Origin: a virus
Length of the DNA stretch: 64,000 bases
IMG/VR virus record: IMGVR_UViG_3300042894_006198
Coordinates: 94,311 to 158,310 of that record
Reading direction: 5' to 3' (one strand)
In this document: positions 29,972 to 39,213 of the stretch, piece by piece
Layout: the number at the start of each line of letters is the position of its first letter
Numbering within the stretch: position 1 is the first letter of the stretch
Notes under the pieces: model-generated
Seen by the model: the letters and a program-made list of their open reading frames with translations, nothing else
What the model was told of the DNA's origin: nothing
Databases searched by the model: none
Position numbers and translations under genes: made by a program

Positions 29972-30017
29972 AGTTGTAAAAATACAACTTGACAGTATAT
30001 CCAATTTTTACTATAAT
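29972..30017 (+). promoter_or_regulatory. Early promoter with an upstream inverted repeat
   Basis: AGTTGTA-AAAA-TACAACT abutting TTGACA-17-TATAAT. Confidence 0.8.
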
Positions 30018-30046
30018 TTCTCTATAGTCAGATATAGGAGATAGAC

Positions 30047-30406
30047 ATGCCACTCGTTCAATACATGGATCACACTCACCCTGATGCATTCGTAGATTTT
30101 GAAAAGCTTGAACCAATGGTTAATACAGGTTATACCAAACCATGTCCTGTTTGCCAATGTTACGGTGGTTGGAATCTTAAACTCAACGCATACCCTTTAC
30201 ACAATTATCCCAATACTGCAGAAAATCGTCATCGTTATTCGCACTTTCGCAGTAACTGCTCACATTGTAACGGGTATGGTTATACGTTACCTACTGAAAC
30301 TTGCAGTGGTCATGAGTGGGAGCGCAAGCAAAACCTAGGTCGTTGCTACAATTTATATGTGTGTATAAAATGCAACAAGCACATGGAAGTTGATTCTAGT
30401 GATTAA
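30047..30406 (+). CDS. Cys-rich Zn-binding early protein (DnaJ-like CxxCxGxG)
   Basis: CPVCQCYGG, CSHCNGYG and CIKC motifs. SD AGGAG upstream. Confidence 0.6.
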   Translation: MPLVQYMDHTHPDAFVDFEKLEPMVNTGYTKPCPVCQCYGGWNLKLNAYPLHNYPNTAENRHRYSHFRSNCSHCNGYGYTLPTETCSGHEWERKQNLGRCYNLYVCIKCNKHMEVDSSD

Positions 30407-30413
30407 ATAGTAC

Positions 30414-30839
30414 ATGGAACATAATTTTTACAAACTTAAACAACGTTTACAAGAACAAGGATGGTATGTTGCATGGGCACATCCTTGTTGCCAAACTTGT
30501 GCATGGCAAGAAGTACCATATGAACATCCTGATGGGCCTAATGAAGGTAAGGAATTAGATTGGAATAAATTACTATTCAATCATGAACAAGATTGCAACA
30601 TGGAATGTGAGTATGACGAAGAAAATGATGAATACATCTTACCTGATGGCATGACAAAAGATGATTACTGCACATTTCCAACACACAAACCTGAACAAAC
30701 ATCAGGCTCATTATTTTGTTTCAATGGTGATGAACAAGGTGTAAAAAACTTAATCGAAGTATTACCAATCATTGAAGAAAGCGGATGCACTTGGAGTTGG
30801 AACAAAACAGGTAATGCAAGAATTTACATAGGGTGGTAG
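30414..30839 (+). CDS. Hypothetical protein
   Basis: ORF with a CCQTCA motif and TTAAATA upstream. Confidence 0.6.
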   Translation: MEHNFYKLKQRLQEQGWYVAWAHPCCQTCAWQEVPYEHPDGPNEGKELDWNKLLFNHEQDCNMECEYDEENDEYILPDGMTKDDYCTFPTHKPEQTSGSLFCFNGDEQGVKNLIEVLPIIEESGCTWSWNKTGNARIYIGW

Positions 30840-30886
30840 TTGTATAATTACAACGTATTGACAATATATCTCAATTAATGTACAAT
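30839..30886 (+). promoter_or_regulatory. Early promoter with an upstream inverted repeat
   Basis: GTTGTA-TAAT-TACAAC followed by TTGACA-17-TACAAT. Confidence 0.75.
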
Positions 30887-30922
30887 AGTTTTTGTGGTGA
30901 TTAATTCTTAACGGAGATTGAA

Positions 30923-31219
30923 ATGAGTAAAGCCCTAGTAAACAAACTTGCCAAGATTCGTGCTGAAATTGCTCTCTTGAAGGTAGCAGAAAAGAAGGTT
31001 GAAACTGCGTTGATTACTGCTGCCAATTTCGATAGCATGACTTTTTTCGGTACTGCTACGGTTGCCACGGTAGTTCCCCAACACGAACGTGCTAGTGTTA
31101 AATATGAAGCTATGGTGCGTGATGTACTTGGTGATGCCAAAGTAGAATCGCTTGCTGAAGCATATACCAAAATCAGCAAAGTTAGTGCTGCTGTGAAATT
31201 GTCAACCTTAGTAAAATAA
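30923..31219 (+). CDS. Early hypothetical protein
   Basis: Own promoter and SD GGAG. Confidence 0.65.
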   Translation: MSKALVNKLAKIRAEIALLKVAEKKVETALITAANFDSMTFFGTATVATVVPQHERASVKYEAMVRDVLGDAKVESLAEAYTKISKVSAAVKLSTLVK

Positions 31220-31459
31220 TTCTTGACTACAGATATATTTTTAGATATACTTGTATCTGTAGTAACTAATAAACAAAAGGAACAGACGATGAGCATTTTC
31301 AAGAAGATCAAAGAGTTTTTCAATGAACCAGATCAAATGGAGTTGATTGAAGAGCGATTCTACAAGAAGTTGGAAGACATGAATGCTCACCCTGAAAAGT
31401 ACCAACACATTCTGAACAAGAACTCTGCCCAATCTAAGATTCCTCCAGTGTCTCTGTTT

Positions 31460-31500
31460 TAACCCTACAGGTTGACAGGTCTTTGAAGTGGTTGTATAAT
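31460..31500 (+). repeat. Promoter-cassette repeat, copy 1
   Basis: TAACCCTACAGGTTGACAGGTCTTTG (26 bp, identical at 32302 and 33233), followed by TATAAT at a 17-nt spacer. Confidence 0.9.
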
Positions 31501-31530
31501 ATGGGTATAGTAAACAACAAGGAGCAAGAG

Positions 31531-31779
31531 ATGAACGAACGAATTAAAGAACTTGCTAAACAAGCTCAGGATTGGGCAGATGCTCATGCACCTTATGCCA
31601 GTGAAGAACACGAATACTTTGCTGAAAAGTTTGCCCTGTTGATTGTGAGAGAATGTGCTACTGCAATTACCAATGACGATTTGGCAAAAGATTGTGGCAC
31701 TTTTTTGATGGACTCATATGCAAAAGGGATGCGCTATTCAGCGCATCTTATTAAAGAACATTTTGGAGTTGGAGAATGA
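31531..31779 (+). CDS. MNERI/EKFAELIV/KEHFGVE family protein 1
   Basis: SD AAGGAG upstream. Three constant blocks are shared with 32056, 32590 and 33044. Confidence 0.8.
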   Translation: MNERIKELAKQAQDWADAHAPYASEEHEYFAEKFALLIVRECATAITNDDLAKDCGTFLMDSYAKGMRYSAHLIKEHFGVGE

Positions 31780-31898
31780 CGGACGGTGACCGAGCCGGTT
31801 GGTGGGCCGTTGTATATCTACTTATGGTGGGTGTGGCCGCTTATTTCACTATGTTTATGGTGATTTTTAGTTTTATTAAACAATATTTAGGAGATTAA
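31776..31898 (+). CDS. 40-aa single-pass membrane protein (not in the ORF track)
   Basis: ATGA-coupled to the previous gene. Translates as MTDGDRAGWWAVVYLLMVGVAAYFTMFMVIFSFIKQYLGD. Confidence 0.6.
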   Translation: MTDGDRAGWWAVVYLLMVGVAAYFTMFMVIFSFIKQYLGD

Positions 31899-32055
31899 AC
31901 GATGAACGGATATGTATGGAAAATAACAGTAGGCAACACTTATGTAGGAGTGGCTAATACAGAGGACAGATTTAAGTTGCTAGAACAAGCAGTAGACAAT
32001 GGAATTATTCCGGCTGACTATAACATAACCGATGTGAAAATGGAGATAATAAAAA

Positions 32056-32304
32056 ATGAACGAACAGATTAAAGCACTCGCTCAACAGGCTGGTGAGAGC
32101 ATTCCAGAATTCCATTTTGGAGATTGGAACATCCCAAACGAGTTCATTCAAAAGTTCGCCCAATTGATTGTTCAAGAATGTGCTACTGCGATCACCAACG
32201 ACAATTTTGCAAAAGATTGTAGCACTTTTTTTTTCATGGACTCATATGCAAAGGGGATGCGCTATTCGGCGCATCTTATTAAAGAACATTTCGGAGTTGA
32301 ATAA
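32056..32304 (+). CDS. MNERI family protein 2
   Basis: Same constant blocks. The second half is near-identical to copy 1. Confidence 0.8.
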   Translation: MNEQIKALAQQAGESIPEFHFGDWNIPNEFIQKFAQLIVQECATAITNDNFAKDCSTFFFMDSYAKGMRYSAHLIKEHFGVE

Positions 32305-32342
32305 CCCTACAGGTTGACAGGTCTTTGGTTTAGTGTTATTAT
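32302..32342 (+). repeat. Promoter-cassette repeat, copy 2
   Basis: Same 26-bp repeat, with TATTAT as the -10 box. Confidence 0.9.
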
Positions 32343-32372
32343 ACACTTACAGTAAACAAAAAGGAGCAAGAG

Positions 32373-32576
32373 ATGAATGAGATGAAAGGTCCAATGATTC
32401 AAGGTCCCCTGTTCGAAGTCACTGTAACAGAGTATGAGCGTGGTTGGGGACAGCGGCTCTGCCCAGATGAGACAAGAATCTTCACCAACCGTCAAGATGC
32501 TGAGGCCTATGCTCGGACACGGAACTCAGGTACGGCAGAGATCTATTGGCGAGCAGACATCAGGCAGTTTGGTTGA
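32373..32576 (+). CDS. Early hypothetical protein
   Basis: Follows cassette copy 2 with the leader AAGGAGCAAGAGATGAA. Confidence 0.7.
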   Translation: MNEMKGPMIQGPLFEVTVTEYERGWGQRLCPDETRIFTNRQDAEAYARTRNSGTAEIYWRADIRQFG

Positions 32577-32589
32577 TAAGGAGCAAGCA

Positions 32590-32886
32590 ATGAACGAACG
32601 AATTAGACAACTTGCTGAACAAGCGGGTATTCCTGCCATCGACGGTGTATGGGACTACAATGACAGAAATCTTTTAGTAAAAGATGGCGGTGAATGGCGG
32701 ACGGCTGTGCCATCTGAAATCATCGGCACCATGATCAACTCTGAAAAAGGACTCGAAAAGTTCGCAGAGTTGATTATTCGGGAATGTATGGAACAGTTGA
32801 ATATTTCCAATGTGCCCACTTCGATCTCCGCAGGATTGAATCTTGGTAGAGTAGCGATTAAAGAACATTTCGGAGTTGAAGAATGA
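32590..32886 (+). CDS. MNERI family protein 3
   Basis: SD TAAGGAG before ATG32590, with the constant blocks. Confidence 0.8.
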   Translation: MNERIRQLAEQAGIPAIDGVWDYNDRNLLVKDGGEWRTAVPSEIIGTMINSEKGLEKFAELIIRECMEQLNISNVPTSISAGLNLGRVAIKEHFGVEE

Positions 32887-33047
32887 GAAAATTCACTGAA
32901 GTATTGGAAGAGTATTTGGACGAGCGAGAACGCCAAAACGGTGATTACTACGACAATCGTTACATTGGCTCTAAATTGGAAGGCCGATATCGCATGAATG
33001 ACTTGGCAAAAGAATTGGACGAAATGGTTCAAGGAGTTGAAGAATGA
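32883..33047 (+). CDS. 54-aa protein ending GVEE (not in the ORF track)
   Basis: ATGA-coupled at both ends and ends in GGAGTTGAAGAATGA. Confidence 0.6.
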   Translation: MRKFTEVLEEYLDERERQNGDYYDNRYIGSKLEGRYRMNDLAKELDEMVQGVEE

Positions 33048-33235
33048 ACGAACGAATTCGAGAACTTGCCGAACAGGCTGAATGGCGTTTTGCTGACAAA
33101 GCAACAGGTGAATTTTCTGAATATGATAATCGATTGGAAAAGTTTGCCGAGTTGATTGTTAAGCAATGCATTGAAATTAGTCAAGTGGGTTCAATTACAG
33201 AAAGTAAACTTAAAAAACATTTTGGAGTTGAATAA
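33044..33235 (+). CDS. MNERI family protein 4
   Basis: Constant blocks with short variable segments. Confidence 0.8.
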   Translation: MNERIRELAEQAEWRFADKATGEFSEYDNRLEKFAELIVKQCIEISQVGSITESKLKKHFGVE

Positions 33236-33273
33236 CCCTACAGGTTGACAGGTCTTTGTTTCGGTGCTATACT
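33233..33273 (+). repeat. Promoter-cassette repeat, copy 3
   Basis: Same 26-bp repeat, with TATACT as the -10 box. Confidence 0.9.
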
Positions 33274-33480
33274 ATGTTCTGTAGTGATTGATAAGGAACT
33301 TGAGATGAAATTTGTTAAATGCTATGCTTGTGATGGTCGCCATGATATAAACTTCATCAAAATTCTTGAAACCAAAGAAATTAAATATAGTGGTACCTCA
33401 GTTAAATTTAAATGCCCTGATGACAACAGTGAGCAAATAAACAACTCATTTGTCTTTGAAGTTAAAGAACCAAAAACTGC

Positions 33481-33509
33481 TTGACAATATATCCTAATTT
33501 TGCTATACT
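33481..33509 (+). promoter_or_regulatory. sigma70-type early promoter
   Basis: TTGACA-17-TATACT. Confidence 0.8.
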
Positions 33510-33539
33510 TGTTTCTGTTAGATAACTAGTGAGGAATAT

Positions 33540-33869
33540 ATGAACGACACACAAATTCATGATGTAATTAACAGTGCTTTCCAAGCTGCTCGCACTGCCA
33601 CTAAGGAATATCTTGCAACACATGGTGATGTGGATGCTTGTGGTTTTTCATGGGTAAGTATTCGCCCTGCTACAAAAAAAGTAGCAAAAATTCTTAAGAA
33701 TTCTTACGGTGCTGACACCTCATTTGGAGGTGGGTTGAAATTGTGGAACCCAAGTTATTCCCCTGTGCAATCAATTTCTGCAAAGGAAGAAGGTGCGTAC
33801 GCATTTGTTAATGTAATGCGTGAAGCGTTCCCTGATGTTACGTTTACTGTTGGTAGTCGGATGGATTAA
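33540..33869 (+). CDS. Early hypothetical protein
   Basis: Own promoter and SD. Contains CGFSWV...KEEGAYAF...SRMD. Confidence 0.65.
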   Translation: MNDTQIHDVINSAFQAARTATKEYLATHGDVDACGFSWVSIRPATKKVAKILKNSYGADTSFGGGLKLWNPSYSPVQSISAKEEGAYAFVNVMREAFPDVTFTVGSRMD

Positions 33870-33874
33870 AGGAG

Positions 33875-34102
33875 ATGACAATGTATACTGAATTAACCGT
33901 ACAATATACTCGCCATGGTGGTGCTTATGATCGTGGTAACGCAGATGCATACTATGGTCGTGTATTTGACCCACATTACTTCATTGGTGCAACATATAGT
34001 ACTCAACGTGTAGTTGCCCTACAAGGTACACCTGAGTATGATGCATACAAACTTGGTTTTGAGGAGTGCACAGATTTTAAAGATTGGGGTGGAGATGAAT
34101 AG
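33875..34102 (+). CDS. Early hypothetical protein
   Basis: SD AGGAG upstream. Contains HGGAYDRG.ADAYYGR. Confidence 0.6.
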   Translation: MTMYTELTVQYTRHGGAYDRGNADAYYGRVFDPHYFIGATYSTQRVVALQGTPEYDAYKLGFEECTDFKDWGGDE

Positions 34103-34729
34103 AATATTTGTTTTTAAAGAACTTTATGATAGAGCATACAAAGCAAACCGCAAACAGCGTATGTATGCGATTCCTGAAAATAGTATTGAACTTATTGAGA
34201 CAGTCAATGGTAGCCAAAATTGCTACTTGGTGGTTAACGGTAAGGAAGTTGATGGTACTTTTGATGGATTAATTGCAAAACTTGGTGAACGGATAAATGT
34301 GTAATGAACAAACGTTTACTTAAAATAGCCACTGAACATAATATTTTACCTCATGATTATATCGTAGGATCAGATCTACCATTAGAAAATACAATTGAAA
34401 AAATTGGATTGGCAGTGGCAAATGATTGCATGCTTAATGCTTGGTGGACTGAAGGATACAAAGATCCTGAAAAAACCATATCTAACAAAATTAAACAATT
34501 ATACAATTTATGAGCGAAGAAATGATAGAAAAGATAACACTTAATTATACTGACTTACAAAAATTGATGGACACTCTTAAAGAGTTTGAAGTCAACCATT
34601 TTACTATTATCAAAACAGGTGGTATTGGTATTGGGTATGAAGTAGACTTAGAATTTCATCAACAATGTAAAGGTAAAATGGCAACAATTCGTATCCCAAT
34701 TACAACAACTGATGATTGGTAAAAACTGC

Positions 34730-34758
34730 TTGACAGTATATCCACATTGTGGCATAAT
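34730..34758 (+). promoter_or_regulatory. sigma70-type early promoter
   Basis: TTGACA-17-CATAAT. Confidence 0.75.
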
Positions 34759-34797
34759 TATTTCTGTAGTGATTGATAACCAACTAGGAGATGCCAA

Positions 34798-35190
34798 ATG
34801 GCTTACGTTTCCCAAGAAAAGAAGCAAAACCTCGCAGTTGCCATTAAACAAGTTCTAAAGAAATACGGTGTAAAAGCCACGTTAGGTGTGCATCATCACA
34901 GTACGTTAGTTCTTAATATTAAGTCTAGCAAGATTGACTTTCTAGGTAACTTTAATGAAACATGCAAGCAAAGTCTTAAAGCTGACCGTGATTACCTTGA
35001 AGTAAATCCCTATTGGTTCCAAGACCACTTTAGCGGTGTTGCAAAAGAATTTCTTAGTGAAGTAACACAAGCGATGTATGGTCCCGACTACTACGATGAA
35101 AGCGATGCCCAAATTGATTACTTCAATTGCTCGCACTATATTCGGGTAAATATCGGTAAGTGGAATAAACCCTATGTTCTAGAGCAGTAA
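34798..35190 (+). CDS. Early hypothetical protein
   Basis: Own promoter and SD. Contains DESDAQIDYF...IGKWNKPY. Confidence 0.65.
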   Translation: MAYVSQEKKQNLAVAIKQVLKKYGVKATLGVHHHSTLVLNIKSSKIDFLGNFNETCKQSLKADRDYLEVNPYWFQDHFSGVAKEFLSEVTQAMYGPDYYDESDAQIDYFNCSHYIRVNIGKWNKPYVLEQ

Positions 35191-36318
35191 ATACAAATTT
35201 TAACCAACATGGGGCGTAATGCCCCTATAATTTTATGAGGATAATATGGAAGAAAATACAACGTCAAATCAATTACCACCTTTTGTTAGCAGATTTATTC
35301 GTGATGAAGAAGGCAAGTTAAATATTGATCCTGAGTGCAAAATACTAGCTGAAAAACATTATTGGAAAGATCGACCTGCTTATAGCAAGGATGATCGCAG
35401 AGTGATGATTGGGCATTATGATGAAAATGGTAATTTAATCCCATTTAAAAATACACGATAATCATGGCAGGATATAATTTAATCCAAGAAATACGTAGGC
35501 TTGAAGAAGATTGTGATCGTCTTGGTCTAATGATGTGTCACGCAAAGCATTTTTATAATGAATTTGGTGATGTAGTTGCAGTAAAACCAAAAGATGATGA
35601 AGCATTACCTTTGTATTCACGTGATGCTGAAGTGTTTATTGGAACTATAAAAGATTTACAAATGTGGTTACGAGGTATAGAATGGGCACGTGGTTATGAT
35701 GGTATGATATTTGGCAAAAACCATGATAAAAACCGCACAGTTAAAGAAGAAAAGTATCGTGCAGGACAAACATTTAAACGATTATTGGAAGGAAAAGAAA
35801 GTGATAAACCTTGAAGATTATATGAAAGCAATTAATTACAGGATATCTGAAGGCACAGAATACCTTTGGAAATGCTTTGGTGACAACCCATTTACCCTAT
35901 CATATTGGGATAATGATCATGATGGAGTAAGTACTGATATTACTTTTGACACACAAACACAAGAGGTATATTACGCCACTGTACATGATTACGCAAAAAA
36001 ACGGTCATATCGTTTGATCAATCCTGATTACGTTGAAGCATATCGTCAAGAATGTAAAGATAAAAATGTAGTTGAGAATAATGCTTATGATGAAGTTAAT
36101 TATGTTACGTTAGAAACTGATGAGGACTTTATTGAAAAACTTACTGCTATTGTAAATAAACAACCATACAATACCAAAGTGCAAGTACCACTTGAATTAG
36201 ATAAAGAGGAAATGTATAATCTAATGAGTTTAGCCCATGAGCGTGACATAACGCTAAACCAACTAGTGGAAAGCATGTTATGGGAAGCTATCAACAAACA
36301 CGAAACTAAGGTGTAATT

Positions 36319-37662
36319 ATGCTTGAATCATGGATCTATAAGCTTAACGAAAGTAATAGTCGCTTACATAAAGAATCAGTTATACAAGAAGTTTTAAATT
36401 TAGCTACGCTAGGTGATGAAAATTGTAAACACTTTCTTAAATTAGTAAGCTTAACTTATGATCCATTTACTACTTTTGGTGTAAAAGCTGTAGAACCAAC
36501 TGTTGGTATTGTCAATGCAGAAAACCCTTGGCATGACTTTAGCTCACTGTTAGTAGAATTAGCTCTACGTAGTTTAACAGGTAATGCTGCTCATGATGCA
36601 ATTGAAGCTATGAGCGTACGATTCAATAGCCCAACATGGAATGATTTCTGTATCAATGTGATTGGAAAAGACTTACGTTGCGGTATATCTGATAAAACTA
36701 TTAACAAGATTTGTAAAAATACAGAATACGAAATACCAATTTTTTCTTGCCAACTTGCCACTGATAGCGAAGGTCGCCCTGAAATGGTGGGTGTTAAACG
36801 TCTTGAACCTAAACTAGATGGTGTACGAGTACTTATGGTTGTTATACCACCCTCTGACTATGATGAAAAAATTATAGTTACATGCTATAGTCGTAATGGT
36901 AAAGTATTCAATAATTTTACGCACATTGAAGAACAAGTAAAAAATAATTTTGTCCGTATGATTCGTCTAGCAGGATCAAGTAATTTAAATACAGGATTTG
37001 TGCTTGATGGTGAAGTAATGGGCGAATCATTTCAAGACTTAATGCGACAGGCACGTAGAAAAGACAATGCTGATGCTAGCGATAGTGTATTTCATGTGTT
37101 TGATATTCTTCCGCTAGCAGATTTTAGGCGTGGTTATTGGAACGCACAATTAAGCAAACGAATCAAAATTTTAGAAGATATGCGTCCTGCCCTAGAAAAT
37201 ATGCCACATGTCAAATTATTGCCACATATTGTCGTAGATTTAGACATTGCTGAGGGTAGGGATCAACTAGAGCGTTATGCCAATGATTGTGTTGCACAAG
37301 GGTTTGAGGGCATTATGATTAAAAGTGTTGATGCCCCATATGAGTGCAAACGTAATAAATTTTGGTTAAAATGGAAACCAACCATTTCAGTAGATTTAGA
37401 AATTGTTGGGGTAGAAGCAGGTACAGGACGTAATAAAAATCGATTAGGCGCATTAATTTGCGAAGGTGAGGATCATGGAAAGCACATTATGGTTAACGTT
37501 GGTAGTGGGTTTAGTGATGTTGATCGTGATGATTATTGGATAAACCGTAATATGATTGTTGGTCGCACTGTAGAAATTCTTGCTGACGCTGTAACGCAAA
37601 ATCAGGATGGAACACATTCATTGAGATTTCCAAGGTTTCTACGATTTAGGGATGACAAATGA
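36319..37662 (+). CDS. lig: ATP-dependent DNA ligase
   Basis: EPKLDGVR motif I, SRNG, LDGE, FDIL, EGIMIK, WLKWK and SLRFPRF. Confidence 0.93.
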   Translation: MLESWIYKLNESNSRLHKESVIQEVLNLATLGDENCKHFLKLVSLTYDPFTTFGVKAVEPTVGIVNAENPWHDFSSLLVELALRSLTGNAAHDAIEAMSVRFNSPTWNDFCINVIGKDLRCGISDKTINKICKNTEYEIPIFSCQLATDSEGRPEMVGVKRLEPKLDGVRVLMVVIPPSDYDEKIIVTCYSRNGKVFNNFTHIEEQVKNNFVRMIRLAGSSNLNTGFVLDGEVMGESFQDLMRQARRKDNADASDSVFHVFDILPLADFRRGYWNAQLSKRIKILEDMRPALENMPHVKLLPHIVVDLDIAEGRDQLERYANDCVAQGFEGIMIKSVDAPYECKRNKFWLKWKPTISVDLEIVGVEAGTGRNKNRLGALICEGEDHGKHIMVNVGSGFSDVDRDDYWINRNMIVGRTVEILADAVTQNQDGTHSLRFPRFLRFRDDK

Positions 37663-37916
37663 TTGTCAATATTTTTAATGTTGATGAACCATGGGTGTTT
37701 AATTGGTTTACTTCATTATGTCAAGCACACGAATATAAGTTTATTGTTAAATTAACTATAAAAGATTCATTGGCTATTAAAGTAAGTGATCGTTTAAATG
37801 AGTTATCCAAAATTACTAATTACAACTTTTATTTAAGTGATGAAAGTGATATTATGGTAGACATACCTGACGAGGAAATTACGTACATTAAATTGAAATA
37901 TTCATAAAGGAAAAAT

Positions 37917-39173
37917 ATGGTTACTTTAGTTAAACATGAATGGCATAGTGTTGATAGTCAATTTGCCGTTGAGCTTGATATTGATTTGCTTAAAGAAATT
38001 TACCCTGATAAAGATGAGGATGAACTTCAATCTATTTTAGAAGCAGTAGAAGATGGTAGCTATGATATTGACGAGCTTATTGAACATGCTTGGGATAATG
38101 ACGTTGAAATTATGTGGGAACGTCAGTATGATGATTGGTATAGTGACCGAAAAGGTGGGTATGAAGTAACTTATGAACTAGGTGATGAGAATAGTTGGCA
38201 CAGTGACCCTGAACCTCCCGCCCCTACTCACAAGTGTACTAAATGTCGTTGGAAGGGATCTAAGTGGGAAACTAAAACTGAGTTTGTTAATGAAGATGGA
38301 TCTATTTATACTGATGATGAATTAGAATTTCATCATACTAAAGAAGTGTGCCCAATGTGCGATAGCGATGTTGAATTTACGCCTGAAGGTCTTGAGCAAG
38401 AAGCCAAAATGCAAAAACTGTACCAAGAACTTGATGAAATTGAAGTTGATGAGTCTGAAGATACAGATATCACTAATTTAGAAAATGAACTAGATGCGTT
38501 AAGAAAAGCTGTAGATGATGATGACGAAGGTGAATCTTATCAGCGTATTCATCCTGCAGGGGAATATATTATACGTATTTTTGCTCGCACTACTGAGCTT
38601 GGTATTGGTAAGATTACCAAAGAACAATATGAACATTGGAGTAAAGATGAACATTACTACGATATAGGTCCTGCAATTAATGAAGAGTATGATTTTGATG
38701 AAAATGAAACACCTGAAGCTGCACGTTTTACAAGTAGTGGATATTATGAATTTAATGACGTAGCAGATTTTTACGGCATGGAAGAAGATGCTGATGTTGA
38801 AATTATTAACAGCGATGGTGAAACAATTTTTGAGGGAGAATTCTCAGAAATTTTTGAAATTGGGCATAATAACGAAGATTCCCAATACGAATGTAGTACT
38901 GAAGTAGATGAAATTTATCCACTTACTTTTGGTAAAGGATACTACTTAATGTACAAGCAAGGTGGTAAAGGTGGTTCATACCAACATACATTAACTGTAA
39001 CTGATGAATTAGATTTTGCTAAATTTAGAATTGATACAGTTGATGTTGATGGAACTACACATATAAAAACAATTTACTATGACAACGTTGCACTTGAAGA
39101 TGAAGGTATCGATGAAGAATATAACAATTGGAGAGGGCAGTGGGCTGATTACTCAGTTCATAAAATAAAATAA
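37917..39173 (+). CDS. Highly acidic protein with a CxxC pair
   Basis: CTKC and CPMC motifs in an Asp/Glu-rich sequence. Confidence 0.6.
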   Translation: MVTLVKHEWHSVDSQFAVELDIDLLKEIYPDKDEDELQSILEAVEDGSYDIDELIEHAWDNDVEIMWERQYDDWYSDRKGGYEVTYELGDENSWHSDPEPPAPTHKCTKCRWKGSKWETKTEFVNEDGSIYTDDELEFHHTKEVCPMCDSDVEFTPEGLEQEAKMQKLYQELDEIEVDESEDTDITNLENELDALRKAVDDDDEGESYQRIHPAGEYIIRIFARTTELGIGKITKEQYEHWSKDEHYYDIGPAINEEYDFDENETPEAARFTSSGYYEFNDVADFYGMEEDADVEIINSDGETIFEGEFSEIFEIGHNNEDSQYECSTEVDEIYPLTFGKGYYLMYKQGGKGGSYQHTLTVTDELDFAKFRIDTVDVDGTTHIKTIYYDNVALEDEGIDEEYNNWRGQWADYSVHKIK

Positions 39174-39179
39174 TTGCAC

Positions 39180-39213
39180 TTGACTTTAGTAGGGGGTTAT
39201 AGTATAATCCCCT
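39180..39213 (+). promoter_or_regulatory. Early promoter with the -10 box inside a palindrome
   Basis: TTGACT-17-TATAAT, within AGGGGGTTATA-G-TATAATCCCCT. Confidence 0.65.

Noticed and set aside
31651-32299. Near-duplicate of about 120 bp as a DGR template/variable repeat pair
   Set aside because: The differences are mixed (T/C, G/A, G/T, an indel), mostly synonymous and not adenine-specific. No reverse transcriptase is present in the window.
31460-33258. 26-bp direct repeats as a CRISPR array
   Set aside because: They are spaced 840-930 bp apart with whole genes between them, each contains a -35 box, and no cas genes are present.
16028-37662. Inteins or introns in terminase, UvsX, DnaE or ligase
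   Set aside because: Lengths and motif spacing are normal or shorter than usual, and no splice-junction motifs were seen.
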